This document shows positions 50,412 to 61,475 of a stretch of 64,000 nucleotides of DNA, in pieces; the stretch's first letter is position 1; each line of letters starts with the position of its first letter. The notes beneath the pieces were generated by a model. That model worked only from the letters and a program-made list of their open reading frames with translations. It did no database searches and was not told the origin of the DNA. Position numbers and translations under genes: made by a program. The stretch spans positions 704,001 to 768,000 of the forward strand of contig OZ244958.1 of NCBI GenBank assembly GCA_965222575.1. Reading direction: 5' to 3'. This DNA comes from Alphaproteobacteria bacterium. Lineage in GTDB: Bacteria; Pseudomonadota; Alphaproteobacteria; G965222575.

Positions 50412-50801
50412 TCAAGTCTTTTTCAGTTGCTTCTTTTTATTGAACAACCGCTGCAGGAAAAATTTTGGCTTGCCTTTTCCTTTAGAGGCAGTGGAGTGCT
50501 TGGTAACTGTCTTGGTGACTAGAAGTAAATCTCTAACACGTATAGGTTGGTTTTTCTTCTGAGAGAAATGGGCATCCGTTTGCAGGCCCCAATTCTTCCG
50601 TTTTGCTAAATGCGTATGAACCATAGATTCAATCTGTCTATTTCGAGCATTAATTTTTTGTTTTGTAGAGCATTTGGCCTTCAACCAAAAACACAGTCGT
50701 CCCCCTAAAGAGGAGATAGTCTTCAATTTGTTTGTTTTTTTGTCAATGATTATAAAAGCATTCTGATTAACGCGAGAATCAAAAGGTGACAGTTCAGACA
50801 T
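50412..50801 (-). CDS. Short basic protein resembling the N-terminal segment of the putative effectors
   Basis: SLGGRLCFWLK..NARNRQI and QPIRVRDL resemble AGLYKRFTFWVRK..SRNNEAI and KPLYFRNL in 43143-45077. Confidence 0.5.
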   Translation of the reverse strand: MSELSPFDSRVNQNAFIIIDKKTNKLKTISSLGGRLCFWLKAKCSTKQKINARNRQIESMVHTHLAKRKNWGLQTDAHFSQKKNQPIRVRDLLLVTKTVTKHSTASKGKGKPKFFLQRLFNKKKQLKKT

Positions 50802-51159
50802 AAAAGAGACGGTTTGTTATGCATTACAGAATGCAGTGACTTTGTTACATGTATACACACAAACCCCTAAAGAATAATCATCAACAGATATATTGTCTTT
50901 CACACAGGGTTTTATGCCAAGAGCAAGCTAGTACCTTATGCTTGCAGGTTATACTGTAGGACGGGGAGCCCTCAGGCGGAGCCCTCAGGCGGGGAGCCTC
51001 AATTTCGAGTAGTACAAAGGTATGGCTTAGCCCTCAAGACTTTCTTCTCTACCCTCTCTTCCTCCCCTACGGGTATATGTAGTGTAGGAATATCTCCCTC
51101 TATCTTCTCAGGGCTTCCTTTACGGAAAACATTCTTGTTCTTTTGTTCTTTCTTAGCCA

Positions 51160-52650
51160 TTAGTGAATTAGATTATTCAATCCCCTATGCCCTGATCCCT
51201 TATACTGACTTGAGTTTTCTAGTTTGAGATTCTTAAGTTCCTCTATTGCCACACCAAGCCCGTATATAAGTTCTCCATATTCAAGTTGCTTAAGTCCTTC
51301 TGGAATTGGGGCATTGAGTAGTTTATTCCTTGTCCTGGTAAATACCAAAGACAGAGCCTTTTCCCATCCCTTTATCGTAGTATCTTGACCAACCCATACA
51401 TTTAGAGCCCTTGCAAACTCTTGTTCCGTCACTTGCGTACCAGACATCTTCCTAATATTCTCATTAAAAACCTCATAGAAGAACTTCAGATAGGGGTCTG
51501 TAGCTAAGGCTTCTCTCTGGTACCTTACAAGCCATTCTAAGCCCTTCTCTGTAAACCCTCTGCGAAAGTAGGATACCGCCTCCTTAATTGCCTTCTTAGT
51601 GGGCTTGGCTATTCCTGAGGAGAGGTCTGTTGTAAATAGAGCCTGAAAAGCAGATTTCATTCTTGTTCCTGCATCAAAGTCATTCCTCTGTCCCTTATCT
51701 AATTCCCTTACAACATGCCCCCTAAATACCCTCCCCTGAGGAGATAAAGATGCTGAAGACAACTGCTTTGCTTCAGAATTGGTGATATTCCTTAGAGAGG
51801 GTGTAAAAGACACAACATTTACAATATATTCAATTACCGCCTTGTTATCCTTATCTCTACTACCGATAATTTTTGCTACATTATACAGACTATTCCAAAT
51901 TGCAGTTCTAGGAATTGCCCCACTATCACCCAAGAAATAGTCTCTAGTTGGAGTTCCTGTCTCTCCATCAACAGGAGATAACAAAGACCCATTAAAAAAA
52001 CTTTCTAAGTCCTGAGGTTTAACATTGTTATTTTTGTTATACCAACCTAAAGTACCAGCAACAAACGGAACAGATATCAACTCCCATTCATTGTTCTCAT
52101 TCTTTCTCTTTCCATAGAGGGAATTTATTATACCAATAGACTCTTCATCTTGTTTGCCCAAAATCTCTATAAGCCTTTCCTTTTGTTCATCTGTTACATG
52201 TCCCTCAACAGAATCAAGCACCAATTGCCTATCATTATTATCTGTAGGATTGATTGGTTCAAATTGAGCAAGGCTACGAAGAATAGCCTCCGTTACCTCA
52301 CCTCCCCCAACCTGTAGCTCTCCAATCTCTTTAAGGGTGTTTACAGTAAAGAAATTCATCCTCTTTTTCCCTCCTTTAGAATCATCCCCATAAATGGTAA
52401 AAAGTCTTGAAGGGTCAGTAGCATAAGCTCTGGATAATGCCATCCCCGTTCTATCTAAGAAAAGGTCATTCTTTTCTTTTTCCAGTTGTTTTTCCACATC
52501 GGCATAAGGCTTTGAGTTTTTGACGACCTTTTCAAAGTCTACGAAAATGACTTTTCCCTCTAAGGACTCGGCAACGACAGGGTTAACGAAGAACAGGCAA
52601 GCAGCGAGTGAGAAGAGTCCGCAAGAAAGATAAAAGCTGAAACGAGGCAT
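51160..52650 (-). CDS. Signal peptide plus Skp/OmpH-like first ~60 aa fused to an unknown ~430-aa region
   Basis: KVIFVDFEKVVKNSKPYADVEKQLEKEK is an OmpH-type start; composition changes at about 52465. Confidence 0.6.
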   Translation of the reverse strand: MPRFSFYLSCGLFSLAACLFFVNPVVAESLEGKVIFVDFEKVVKNSKPYADVEKQLEKEKNDLFLDRTGMALSRAYATDPSRLFTIYGDDSKGGKKRMNFFTVNTLKEIGELQVGGGEVTEAILRSLAQFEPINPTDNNDRQLVLDSVEGHVTDEQKERLIEILGKQDEESIGIINSLYGKRKNENNEWELISVPFVAGTLGWYNKNNNVKPQDLESFFNGSLLSPVDGETGTPTRDYFLGDSGAIPRTAIWNSLYNVAKIIGSRDKDNKAVIEYIVNVVSFTPSLRNITNSEAKQLSSASLSPQGRVFRGHVVRELDKGQRNDFDAGTRMKSAFQALFTTDLSSGIAKPTKKAIKEAVSYFRRGFTEKGLEWLVRYQREALATDPYLKFFYEVFNENIRKMSGTQVTEQEFARALNVWVGQDTTIKGWEKALSLVFTRTRNKLLNAPIPEGLKQLEYGELIYGLGVAIEELKNLKLENSSQYKGSGHRGLNNLIH

Positions 52651-52809
52651 AAGAGGTCTCCTTGAAAAGGATGTTAGGGAAGTTCTATCATACTAAAATA
52701 GCGTACCAATGGCACACAATACTTGGCAAGAAGTGATATCTGTACTACAAGTAAACCAACAAAAAGTTCTTGACTTCCCCCCCTTTCCTGTATTACACTA
52801 CTAAGTAAT

Positions 52810-52854
52810 GATTGGGAGTTCCCGGTCAGGGGTGCAGTTATTACTGTGCCCCTT
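52810..52854 (-). ncRNA. Candidate DUF3800-associated structured RNA
   Basis: Minus strand AAGGGGCACAGT-AATA-ACTGCACCCCT-GACCGGGAACTCCCAATC directly after the DUF3800 stop; two stems and no U-tract. Confidence 0.55.
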
Positions 52855-52860
52855 CTTTAT

Positions 52861-53596
52861 TTATGGGAAGTCCTTATGCTCCAAGATTTTATTCTTGATA
52901 ACCTCATATGCCCGATTGGTCTGCTCCGGCTTCCAGTAAGATAACCCTATAGGACGAGCAACTAAGTCTGCTATCTGCAGACCATTCGTGTTGCTTTTCT
53001 TGTCTAAGAATGTCAGCTTATATTTAACATCCTTGAAGTTTGTTCTTGGATTAAGGACAGAAGGGGTATTATGACGAATTCTATAAAACTCTTTCCTCAG
53101 TTGCGTATTAAACTTCTTAGTGCGGGATTCACAGAAAATCCGAATGTTCCTTTGCCCCTTTTGCAGAAGCCATTCATGTAAAAGTTCCATACAAAATAGC
53201 AATGATAACTCATAAGGGTCTTGTGCTTTTGGATATTTGTCTTTCAAGTTTTCTTTATTGATAGTTGTTGCAATAATCTGAAAATCACCCTCCTCAATCA
53301 CCTTTGTAAGGTCTTTATAAAAATCCTCACGTGTTTTTTCATTCCCCAGAATTGCCCACTCACCATCCCATATTTTTACGCATATCGTTCTCATGCAACA
53401 CAATCTCACTATGTCCAAAATACTTCACCTTGAAGGTATCTAAAGCGAGAGAGGTCTTCTGGATATAGTCCGATATCTTGAAGAGACAAAATACCAGAGT
53501 AAAGATTGGATACTCAGGGTCTATGGATTCCAAACCGTGGTCTCCACTCTCATCTACATAGACAATAGTGTCGTTCATGCGTGTGTTTTCTGTCAT
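52861..53596 (-). pseudogene. DUF3800-domain protein split by a single frameshift at about 53365-53378
   Basis: N-part VYVDESGDHGL..YPIF; C-part ESR and GLQIADLVARPIG. Confidence 0.8.
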
Positions 53597-53633
53597 AGCC
53601 TATAGTTCAGTCACCCTACGAAGGGGCGTCTCA

Positions 53634-53873
53634 TTATTCCCATGGATAGGAAGGGGGAGGAGTTAGGGGAGGGGGAAGAGTTAGAGGAGGGGGCGGAAGA
53701 TAGGGAGATGGAAGAGAATAAGAAGGGGGCGGAAGATAGTAAGGGGGGGTATGGTAATGGTATCTTCCGGTTGTTCTGTTGTGATGCCCTCCGGTTTTAT
53801 CTGTCCTTCCTGAATGGGCGTATGTGTAGAAAAAGGAAAAGAGTACAAGAATAGATAAAAGCGTGCGCACCAT
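53634..53873 (-). CDS. Small secreted YHYH-domain protein with Pro/Tyr tail
   Basis: Signal peptide, AHSGRTDKTGGHHNRTTGRYHYH. Confidence 0.75.
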   Translation of the reverse strand: MVRTLLSILVLFSFFYTYAHSGRTDKTGGHHNRTTGRYHYHTPPYYLPPPSYSLPSPYLPPPPLTLPPPLTPPPSYPWE

Positions 53874-53993
53874 AGTATACTCACTTTGGGGTTTTCCAGA
53901 TAGTTAGTATACTAAGTGTGATGACGAAAATCAAATGAAGGGCAAGACAATGATTTCCCCAACGTATCTTCAGTCATTTTTTCAAGTAAGGTT

Positions 53994-54019
53994 ATAACCC
54001 TTTTATAGCAAAGGGTTAT
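53994..54019. terminator. Hairpin downstream of tRNA-Glu
   Basis: ATAACCCTTT-TATAGC-AAAGGGTTAT. Confidence 0.45.
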
Positions 54020-54100
54020 TATGCCTTATCCTTTCGGACATTGCTATCTATCGGTCTTTTTAAGAGTACTTGCCGTCAAGTTAGGAAGGCTCTTATAAAC

Positions 54101-54172
54101 CACTCCCTAGGGGAATCGAACCCCTCTTTTCAGATTGAAAATCTGATGTCCTAACCGATAGACGAAGGGAGC
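54101..54172 (-). tRNA. tRNA-Glu(TTC)
   Basis: Reverse complement GCTCCCTTCGTCTATCGGTTAGGACATCAGATTTTCAATCTGAAAAGAGGGGTTCGATTCCCCTAGGGAGTG. Confidence 0.95.
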
Positions 54173-54212
54173 AAGGCCTTATGATTAAGTCTAGGAAACA
54201 GAGTGTTCTATG

Positions 54213-55325
54213 TCAAGGATTCTCAAAGGGGATACTGTCAGAGGTTAGGCTCTCCTGTTCTTCCCAACCGTCTTTTGTGCGTTTTAGTATTTTTACTTCT
54301 CTTCTCACCTCGCCTCCTTCTAGGAACTGAAAGAGGCCGCTATAACGACCGGCCAACACGCCGGCTGCTATGAGGTCTTGGGCTTGGGGGGTGGTCTTTT
54401 GTAGAGAGAGTAAAGCGGTAAGTGTATCGTAGACATAGATGCCAAGAGAAGAGGGAAGGGGGGTGTCATAGAGGGATTGATAGCGTTTTTGTAAGGCAGA
54501 CCATCTTTCCCTGTCTGTTGCCAACACAATGCTGTTTTCTCCGGAAAAAGAGGAAGAGGAGGAGGAGAGGGCTTCATAGAGGTTTTCGTCTCCGAAAAAG
54601 GTGCTTCTGATGGCGTAATAGGAGAAGAAAGATACCATGTGTTTTAGGTCTTGTTTGTGTCCTGCTATGAACACAATGGAGGGGTGTATGAAAGAGGGAG
54701 GGGGAACGAAAGGCGGGAGGGGTATGTTTTGGTAATGTCCTAGAAGCTTAATGGTGTTTTGGAGGCTTTTGATATGAGAGGGCGTATAGGGGTAGTATTC
54801 AATGGGGGCGGTGTGGGTGTGGAGAAAGGAGAGAAGAATCGTTTTACAAAGCGCACCGTAAGGGGTATTGGGGTACACAAGAGCGGGGGCATGAAGAGGG
54901 AAGTTGAGCATGAATTCTCCTAAGAGTTCCACTGTGCGTTCAATGCTTAAAGGAAGAGAAAAGATACCATCATCAGGAGGAAGAGGCTTTGTGGACAAGG
55001 AGAGAAAAAGCCGCTCTTTCCTCATAGAAGCAGGCAGTGTGGCAAGTGTTTGCGAAAACACAGGCCCTAATATTACCCTAGCGCCACTATTGACGATGCA
55101 CTCAAGGACATTGAGTGTCCCTTCATCACACAGGTGTATCTCTTTTCCCAAGACGCCTTCATCTGCTAGCGCTATAGTTGCTATGCGAAAAAGACTAAGA
55201 CCAATATCGCCATAAGGGCCCGTCATAGGAACGATTAAAGCAATCTGTTCTCCTTTTTCTATTTCTTGCGCTAAAGCAACGGAACTTCCTATAATTAACA
55301 GGATTGATAACGCAACTCCTCTCAT
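54213..55325 (-). CDS. LppC/LpoA-like penicillin-binding protein activator
   Basis: IALIVPMTG, GARVILGPVFS, PNTPYG, YSGLFQF; divergent from rsmI as is conserved. Confidence 0.75.
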   Translation of the reverse strand: MRGVALSILLIIGSSVALAQEIEKGEQIALIVPMTGPYGDIGLSLFRIATIALADEGVLGKEIHLCDEGTLNVLECIVNSGARVILGPVFSQTLATLPASMRKERLFLSLSTKPLPPDDGIFSLPLSIERTVELLGEFMLNFPLHAPALVYPNTPYGALCKTILLSFLHTHTAPIEYYPYTPSHIKSLQNTIKLLGHYQNIPLPPFVPPPSFIHPSIVFIAGHKQDLKHMVSFFSYYAIRSTFFGDENLYEALSSSSSSFSGENSIVLATDRERWSALQKRYQSLYDTPLPSSLGIYVYDTLTALLSLQKTTPQAQDLIAAGVLAGRYSGLFQFLEGGEVRREVKILKRTKDGWEEQESLTSDSIPFENP

Positions 55326-56166
55326 GACATTTTCTCCGGGCCTTTATCTCACCGCTACCCCTATTGGAAACCTACAGGATATCACCCACCGCGCACTGCA
55401 GGTTCTCAAAGAGGCTTCTTTTATAGTCTGTGAACACTTTAACACAACAAAAGTCTTGTTACAGCATTTTCACTACTATCATAAATCATTGCTCTCCGTT
55501 TATAAACCTGAAACCTTACCTCTTGTCCTCAATGTTATCCGCAAAGGAAAGGTTGTGGTTCTCCTCTCAGATGCTGGCACGCCTCTTATCAGTGACCCCG
55601 GGTTTGATATCGTGACAGCGGTTCTTCAAGAAAATCTCCCCCTCTCCATTGTGCCGGGGGTCTCCTCTCTCACTGCCGCCCTAGCTGTCTCAGGGCTACC
55701 CTGTGATAAAGTCTTCTTCGGAGGCTTTCTCCCCAAAACCTCACAAGCACGACAAAACACTATCAAACAAACCTTTATTTCAGAAGCTACAGCTGTTTTC
55801 TTTTGTTCTCCTACCGCTACACCCCACGCCTTAGAAGACCTAGCGGAACTCTGTGGAGACTCTTGCCACATGGCGCTTATCAGAGAACTGACCAAACGTT
55901 ATGAAACCATCATAAGAGGGACACTTGACCAATGTAGACGTATCATCAAGCCCCCCTTAAAAGGCGAAATCACCCTTGTGGTGCGCTATCCAAAAACGCT
56001 ACCGCACTGCGGGCTTTCCCCTCAAAGCCTTGATTTGCTCATCACTTCCGCCCTCAACGCTAAAGAACCACTGAAAATGCTCTCCCAAAGACTGGCTTAC
56101 GAAACAGGAACCCCTAAACAAATCCTCTACAAAAGAGCCTTAAAACTGAAACACTCCCTCCAATGA
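55324..56166 (+). CDS. rsmI: 16S rRNA C1402 2'-O-methyltransferase
   Basis: LYLTATPIGNLQDIT, SDAGTPLISDPG, RELTKRYE, KGEITLV. Confidence 0.95.
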   Translation: MTFSPGLYLTATPIGNLQDITHRALQVLKEASFIVCEHFNTTKVLLQHFHYYHKSLLSVYKPETLPLVLNVIRKGKVVVLLSDAGTPLISDPGFDIVTAVLQENLPLSIVPGVSSLTAALAVSGLPCDKVFFGGFLPKTSQARQNTIKQTFISEATAVFFCSPTATPHALEDLAELCGDSCHMALIRELTKRYETIIRGTLDQCRRIIKPPLKGEITLVVRYPKTLPHCGLSPQSLDLLITSALNAKEPLKMLSQRLAYETGTPKQILYKRALKLKHSLQ

Positions 56167-56510
56167 CCTTTTCAAATAAACCCTCTACATCCTATCAAAA
56201 AGGCCTTTGGGCTGAACGCATTGCTGTGCTTTGGCTCCTCCTGAAAGGATATCGTATCCTCTTTAGACGACTGAAAACCTACAAAGGTGAAATCGATATC
56301 GTCGCTCAACGCGGCAACATGATTTGTGTCATAGAAGTGAAACGACGGCAAACCCCTTCAATGGCTCTCTATAGTGTTACCCCTCGTCAACAAAAAAGAC
56401 TCCAAAATGCCGCACGCTTCTTGCCTTTAGCACAAGGACTCACCTTGCGCTTTGATGTGATAATCATTACCCCTTATAGACTGCCCTATCACCTGAAAAA
56501 TGCTTTTTAG
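56163..56510 (+). CDS. yraN: YraN (UPF0102) family protein
   Basis: GLWAE, GEIDIVA, IEVKRR, RFDVI. Confidence 0.92.
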   Translation: MTFSNKPSTSYQKGLWAERIAVLWLLLKGYRILFRRLKTYKGEIDIVAQRGNMICVIEVKRRQTPSMALYSVTPRQQKRLQNAARFLPLAQGLTLRFDVIIITPYRLPYHLKNAF

Positions 56511-56603
56511 AAGCCCCTCATGTGAAACCCTCTTTCATGAAACAGCGCCTTTAGTCTTAAGACACACTGAGGGATTCTTTCAATGAGCGGAAAAGCCTCT
56601 TTT

Positions 56604-57140
56604 TTACTGAGAGTCGGAGGAGGTCTGTTTCTTCTGATAACTTTTAAGCAGTAAATGACGCTTGAGATTGGATAAATGGTCAATAAATAAAATCCCGTTT
56701 AAGTGGTCAAGCTCATGCTGAAAGCAACGCGCCGAAAGCCCGCCTAATAAACAAAACTGTCTCTTGCCATGTAAGTCTGTATAGGTCACTGTTACCTCTT
56801 TTGGTCTCATCACAAGAGCTTTTTGACCGGGAATTGACAGACAGCCCTCTTCATAAGGCACTTGTTCAGGGGAGGTGCTCTCTATTGCAGGGTGAATCAT
56901 CAACACAGGGGCCTTAAACCCAAGCGGGCGCGAGGTATCCATCACCAATACACGTTTGAGCTCTCCTACCTGTACGCCTGCTAGACCTATGCCATCATTC
57001 TCATACATGGTCTCAACCATAGACCATAACAAAACTTTCACCTCCTGTGGGTCTTCCACAGGTAAAGACTTTTTCCTCAAAAAAGGAGAAGGATACAACA
57101 CAAGCTTCTTAACCACAGCACTCTTTCCCTTGCTCTCCAT
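56604..57140 (-). CDS. def: Peptide deformylase
   Basis: GIGLAGVQVG, EGCLSIP, QHELDHLNG; start at MESKGK. Confidence 0.96.
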   Translation of the reverse strand: MESKGKSAVVKKLVLYPSPFLRKKSLPVEDPQEVKVLLWSMVETMYENDGIGLAGVQVGELKRVLVMDTSRPLGFKAPVLMIHPAIESTSPEQVPYEEGCLSIPGQKALVMRPKEVTVTYTDLHGKRQFCLLGGLSARCFQHELDHLNGILFIDHLSNLKRHLLLKSYQKKQTSSDSQ

Positions 57141-57326
57141 AATATTACCACACCACTCTTTCCCTTGCTCTCCATGATAATAGTGTACAGAGAAAAAAAA
57201 GTCCAAACAGAAAATTCCTCCCCTAAGAGGGACTAGAAGCAACATGGAGCATGTGACCCTAAAGATTGAGAAGCACTTTATCCTATGCTAGGACAAACGA
57301 CTCTTTTATTATTTCCTCTCTTCCTT

Positions 57327-59899
<2,573 letters not shown>

Positions 59900-59952
59900 T
59901 TTTTTGGCCACAATGATTGTTTCAAGGGCAAGAGTATTCTGTATTCTTGTTG

Positions 59953-60696
59953 TTATTCCCATGGGTTGCCTAAGTCTAGCGGTGTTCTGCCGAGTTTGTC
60001 CTCTGTGTGGAGAGAAGCTCCCTTTTCCAACAAATACTCTGCTATCTCCTTGTAGCCTTGTTCAGTTGCGAAATGGAGTGGTGTCTTACCGAGCTCGTCC
60101 TCACTCTTCACCTCCGCCCCCTTCTCTACTAAAATCTTCACAATGTCCAAGTGCCCTTTTTTAGTTGCCCAATGAAGGGGTGTTCTACTGAAATTGTCCC
60201 GTAGCTTCACATCCGCCCCCTTTTCCACAAGAAACACCGCAATCTCCTTGTGTCCATTGTTCGTTGCCCAATGAAGCGCTGTTCTGCCGAGCTTGTTCTT
60301 TGCATGAATATCTGCCCCCTTCTCCACTAAAACCTTCACAATGTCCAAGTGCCCTTGTTTCACTGCCTTATGAAGCGGTGTTCCGCCAAAAGTATCCTGC
60401 CTCCTCCCATCCTCCCCTTTATCCGATAGAGCCCCTACTACCTCTGAGTGCCCATATTTAGACGCTAACTGGAGTAGTGTCTCACCGAAATGATCTTGTG
60501 CATTCACCTCTGCCCCCTTCTCTATTAAAATCCTCACAATGGCTAAGTACCCTTTTTCAGCTGCCCAATGAAGGGGTGTCCAGCCGGTGCGCTTTGCGTT
60601 TACATCCGCCCCTGCCTCTATAAGAGAGACCACCGTATTCACATTCCCACTCCTCACCGCATGATGGAGCATGCTATTCTTATCTTTTGTTGTCAT
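59953..60696 (-). CDS. Ankyrin-repeat protein, C-terminal part
   Basis: About 7 G.TPLH.A...GH..IV..L.EKGA repeats. Confidence 0.9.
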   Translation of the reverse strand: MTTKDKNSMLHHAVRSGNVNTVVSLIEAGADVNAKRTGWTPLHWAAEKGYLAIVRILIEKGAEVNAQDHFGETLLQLASKYGHSEVVGALSDKGEDGRRQDTFGGTPLHKAVKQGHLDIVKVLVEKGADIHAKNKLGRTALHWATNNGHKEIAVFLVEKGADVKLRDNFSRTPLHWATKKGHLDIVKILVEKGAEVKSEDELGKTPLHFATEQGYKEIAEYLLEKGASLHTEDKLGRTPLDLGNPWE

Positions 60697-60769
60697 CTCA
60701 TCTGAAGGTCTAGTCTTCCCCTTCCGTGTTGCGCTGCTCTTAGCCTTTGTTTTCCCCTCACCTGAAGGT

Positions 60770-61324
60770 CTAGTCTTTCCCTCCCGTTTCGCTACTCTCA
60801 GCCTTTACTTCCGCCTCGCCCCCCGTTTTCATCAGCATTTGAATTCTTTCCTTGCGCACTTTCACTTCCTGATGAAGCAGTGTCAGACCCTCCTTGAGCT
60901 TTCCCTTCACATAGGCTCCTTTTTCCACAAGAAACGCCACAATCACCTTGCGCCCTTGTGCTATTACCTGTGTGAAGCGGTTCTTGTTTGCTTTGACATT
61001 TCGCCCCTTCTCCACAAGAAGGGCCACAATCTCCTTGTGTCCTTTTGAAGTTGCCACATGCAGCGGTGTCAAGCCATCCTTGTCTTGTGCCTTCACATCC
61101 GCCCCTTTCTCTAATAAGAGAAGGGCTATCTCCTTGTGTCCTTTTGAAGCTGCCACATGCAGCGGTGTTAGTCCGTCAGAGTCCCGCGTATCAAGTGAAA
61201 CCCCTTGCTCTATGAGAGAGACCACCGTATTTACGTTCCCACTCTTCACTGCCTCATGAATTGGTGCACAAAATCCTTCACTCATAGCCAATAAAAAGAA
61301 AAAACAAACAAGCAAACGACTCAT
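60770..61324 (-). CDS. Ankyrin-repeat protein, N-terminal part with signal peptide
   Basis: MSRLLVCFFFLLAMSEGFCA followed by DGLTPLHVAASKGH repeats. Confidence 0.88.
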   Translation of the reverse strand: MSRLLVCFFFLLAMSEGFCAPIHEAVKSGNVNTVVSLIEQGVSLDTRDSDGLTPLHVAASKGHKEIALLLLEKGADVKAQDKDGLTPLHVATSKGHKEIVALLVEKGRNVKANKNRFTQVIAQGRKVIVAFLVEKGAYVKGKLKEGLTLLHQEVKVRKERIQMLMKTGGEAEVKAESSETGGKD

Positions 61325-61475
61325 CCGGGTCCTCGAAAATTTTTATGATTGTATTAGCCTATCCTTTCTTTGTGGTGCTTTCAATAGGGGAAAGGGGGGT
61401 TGCGGAAAATCATTGCATTTTTTTCACTTCTCTTTTAAGCTTTTCGTGAGGGTTCAGCATATAAGGAGTGGGTCA

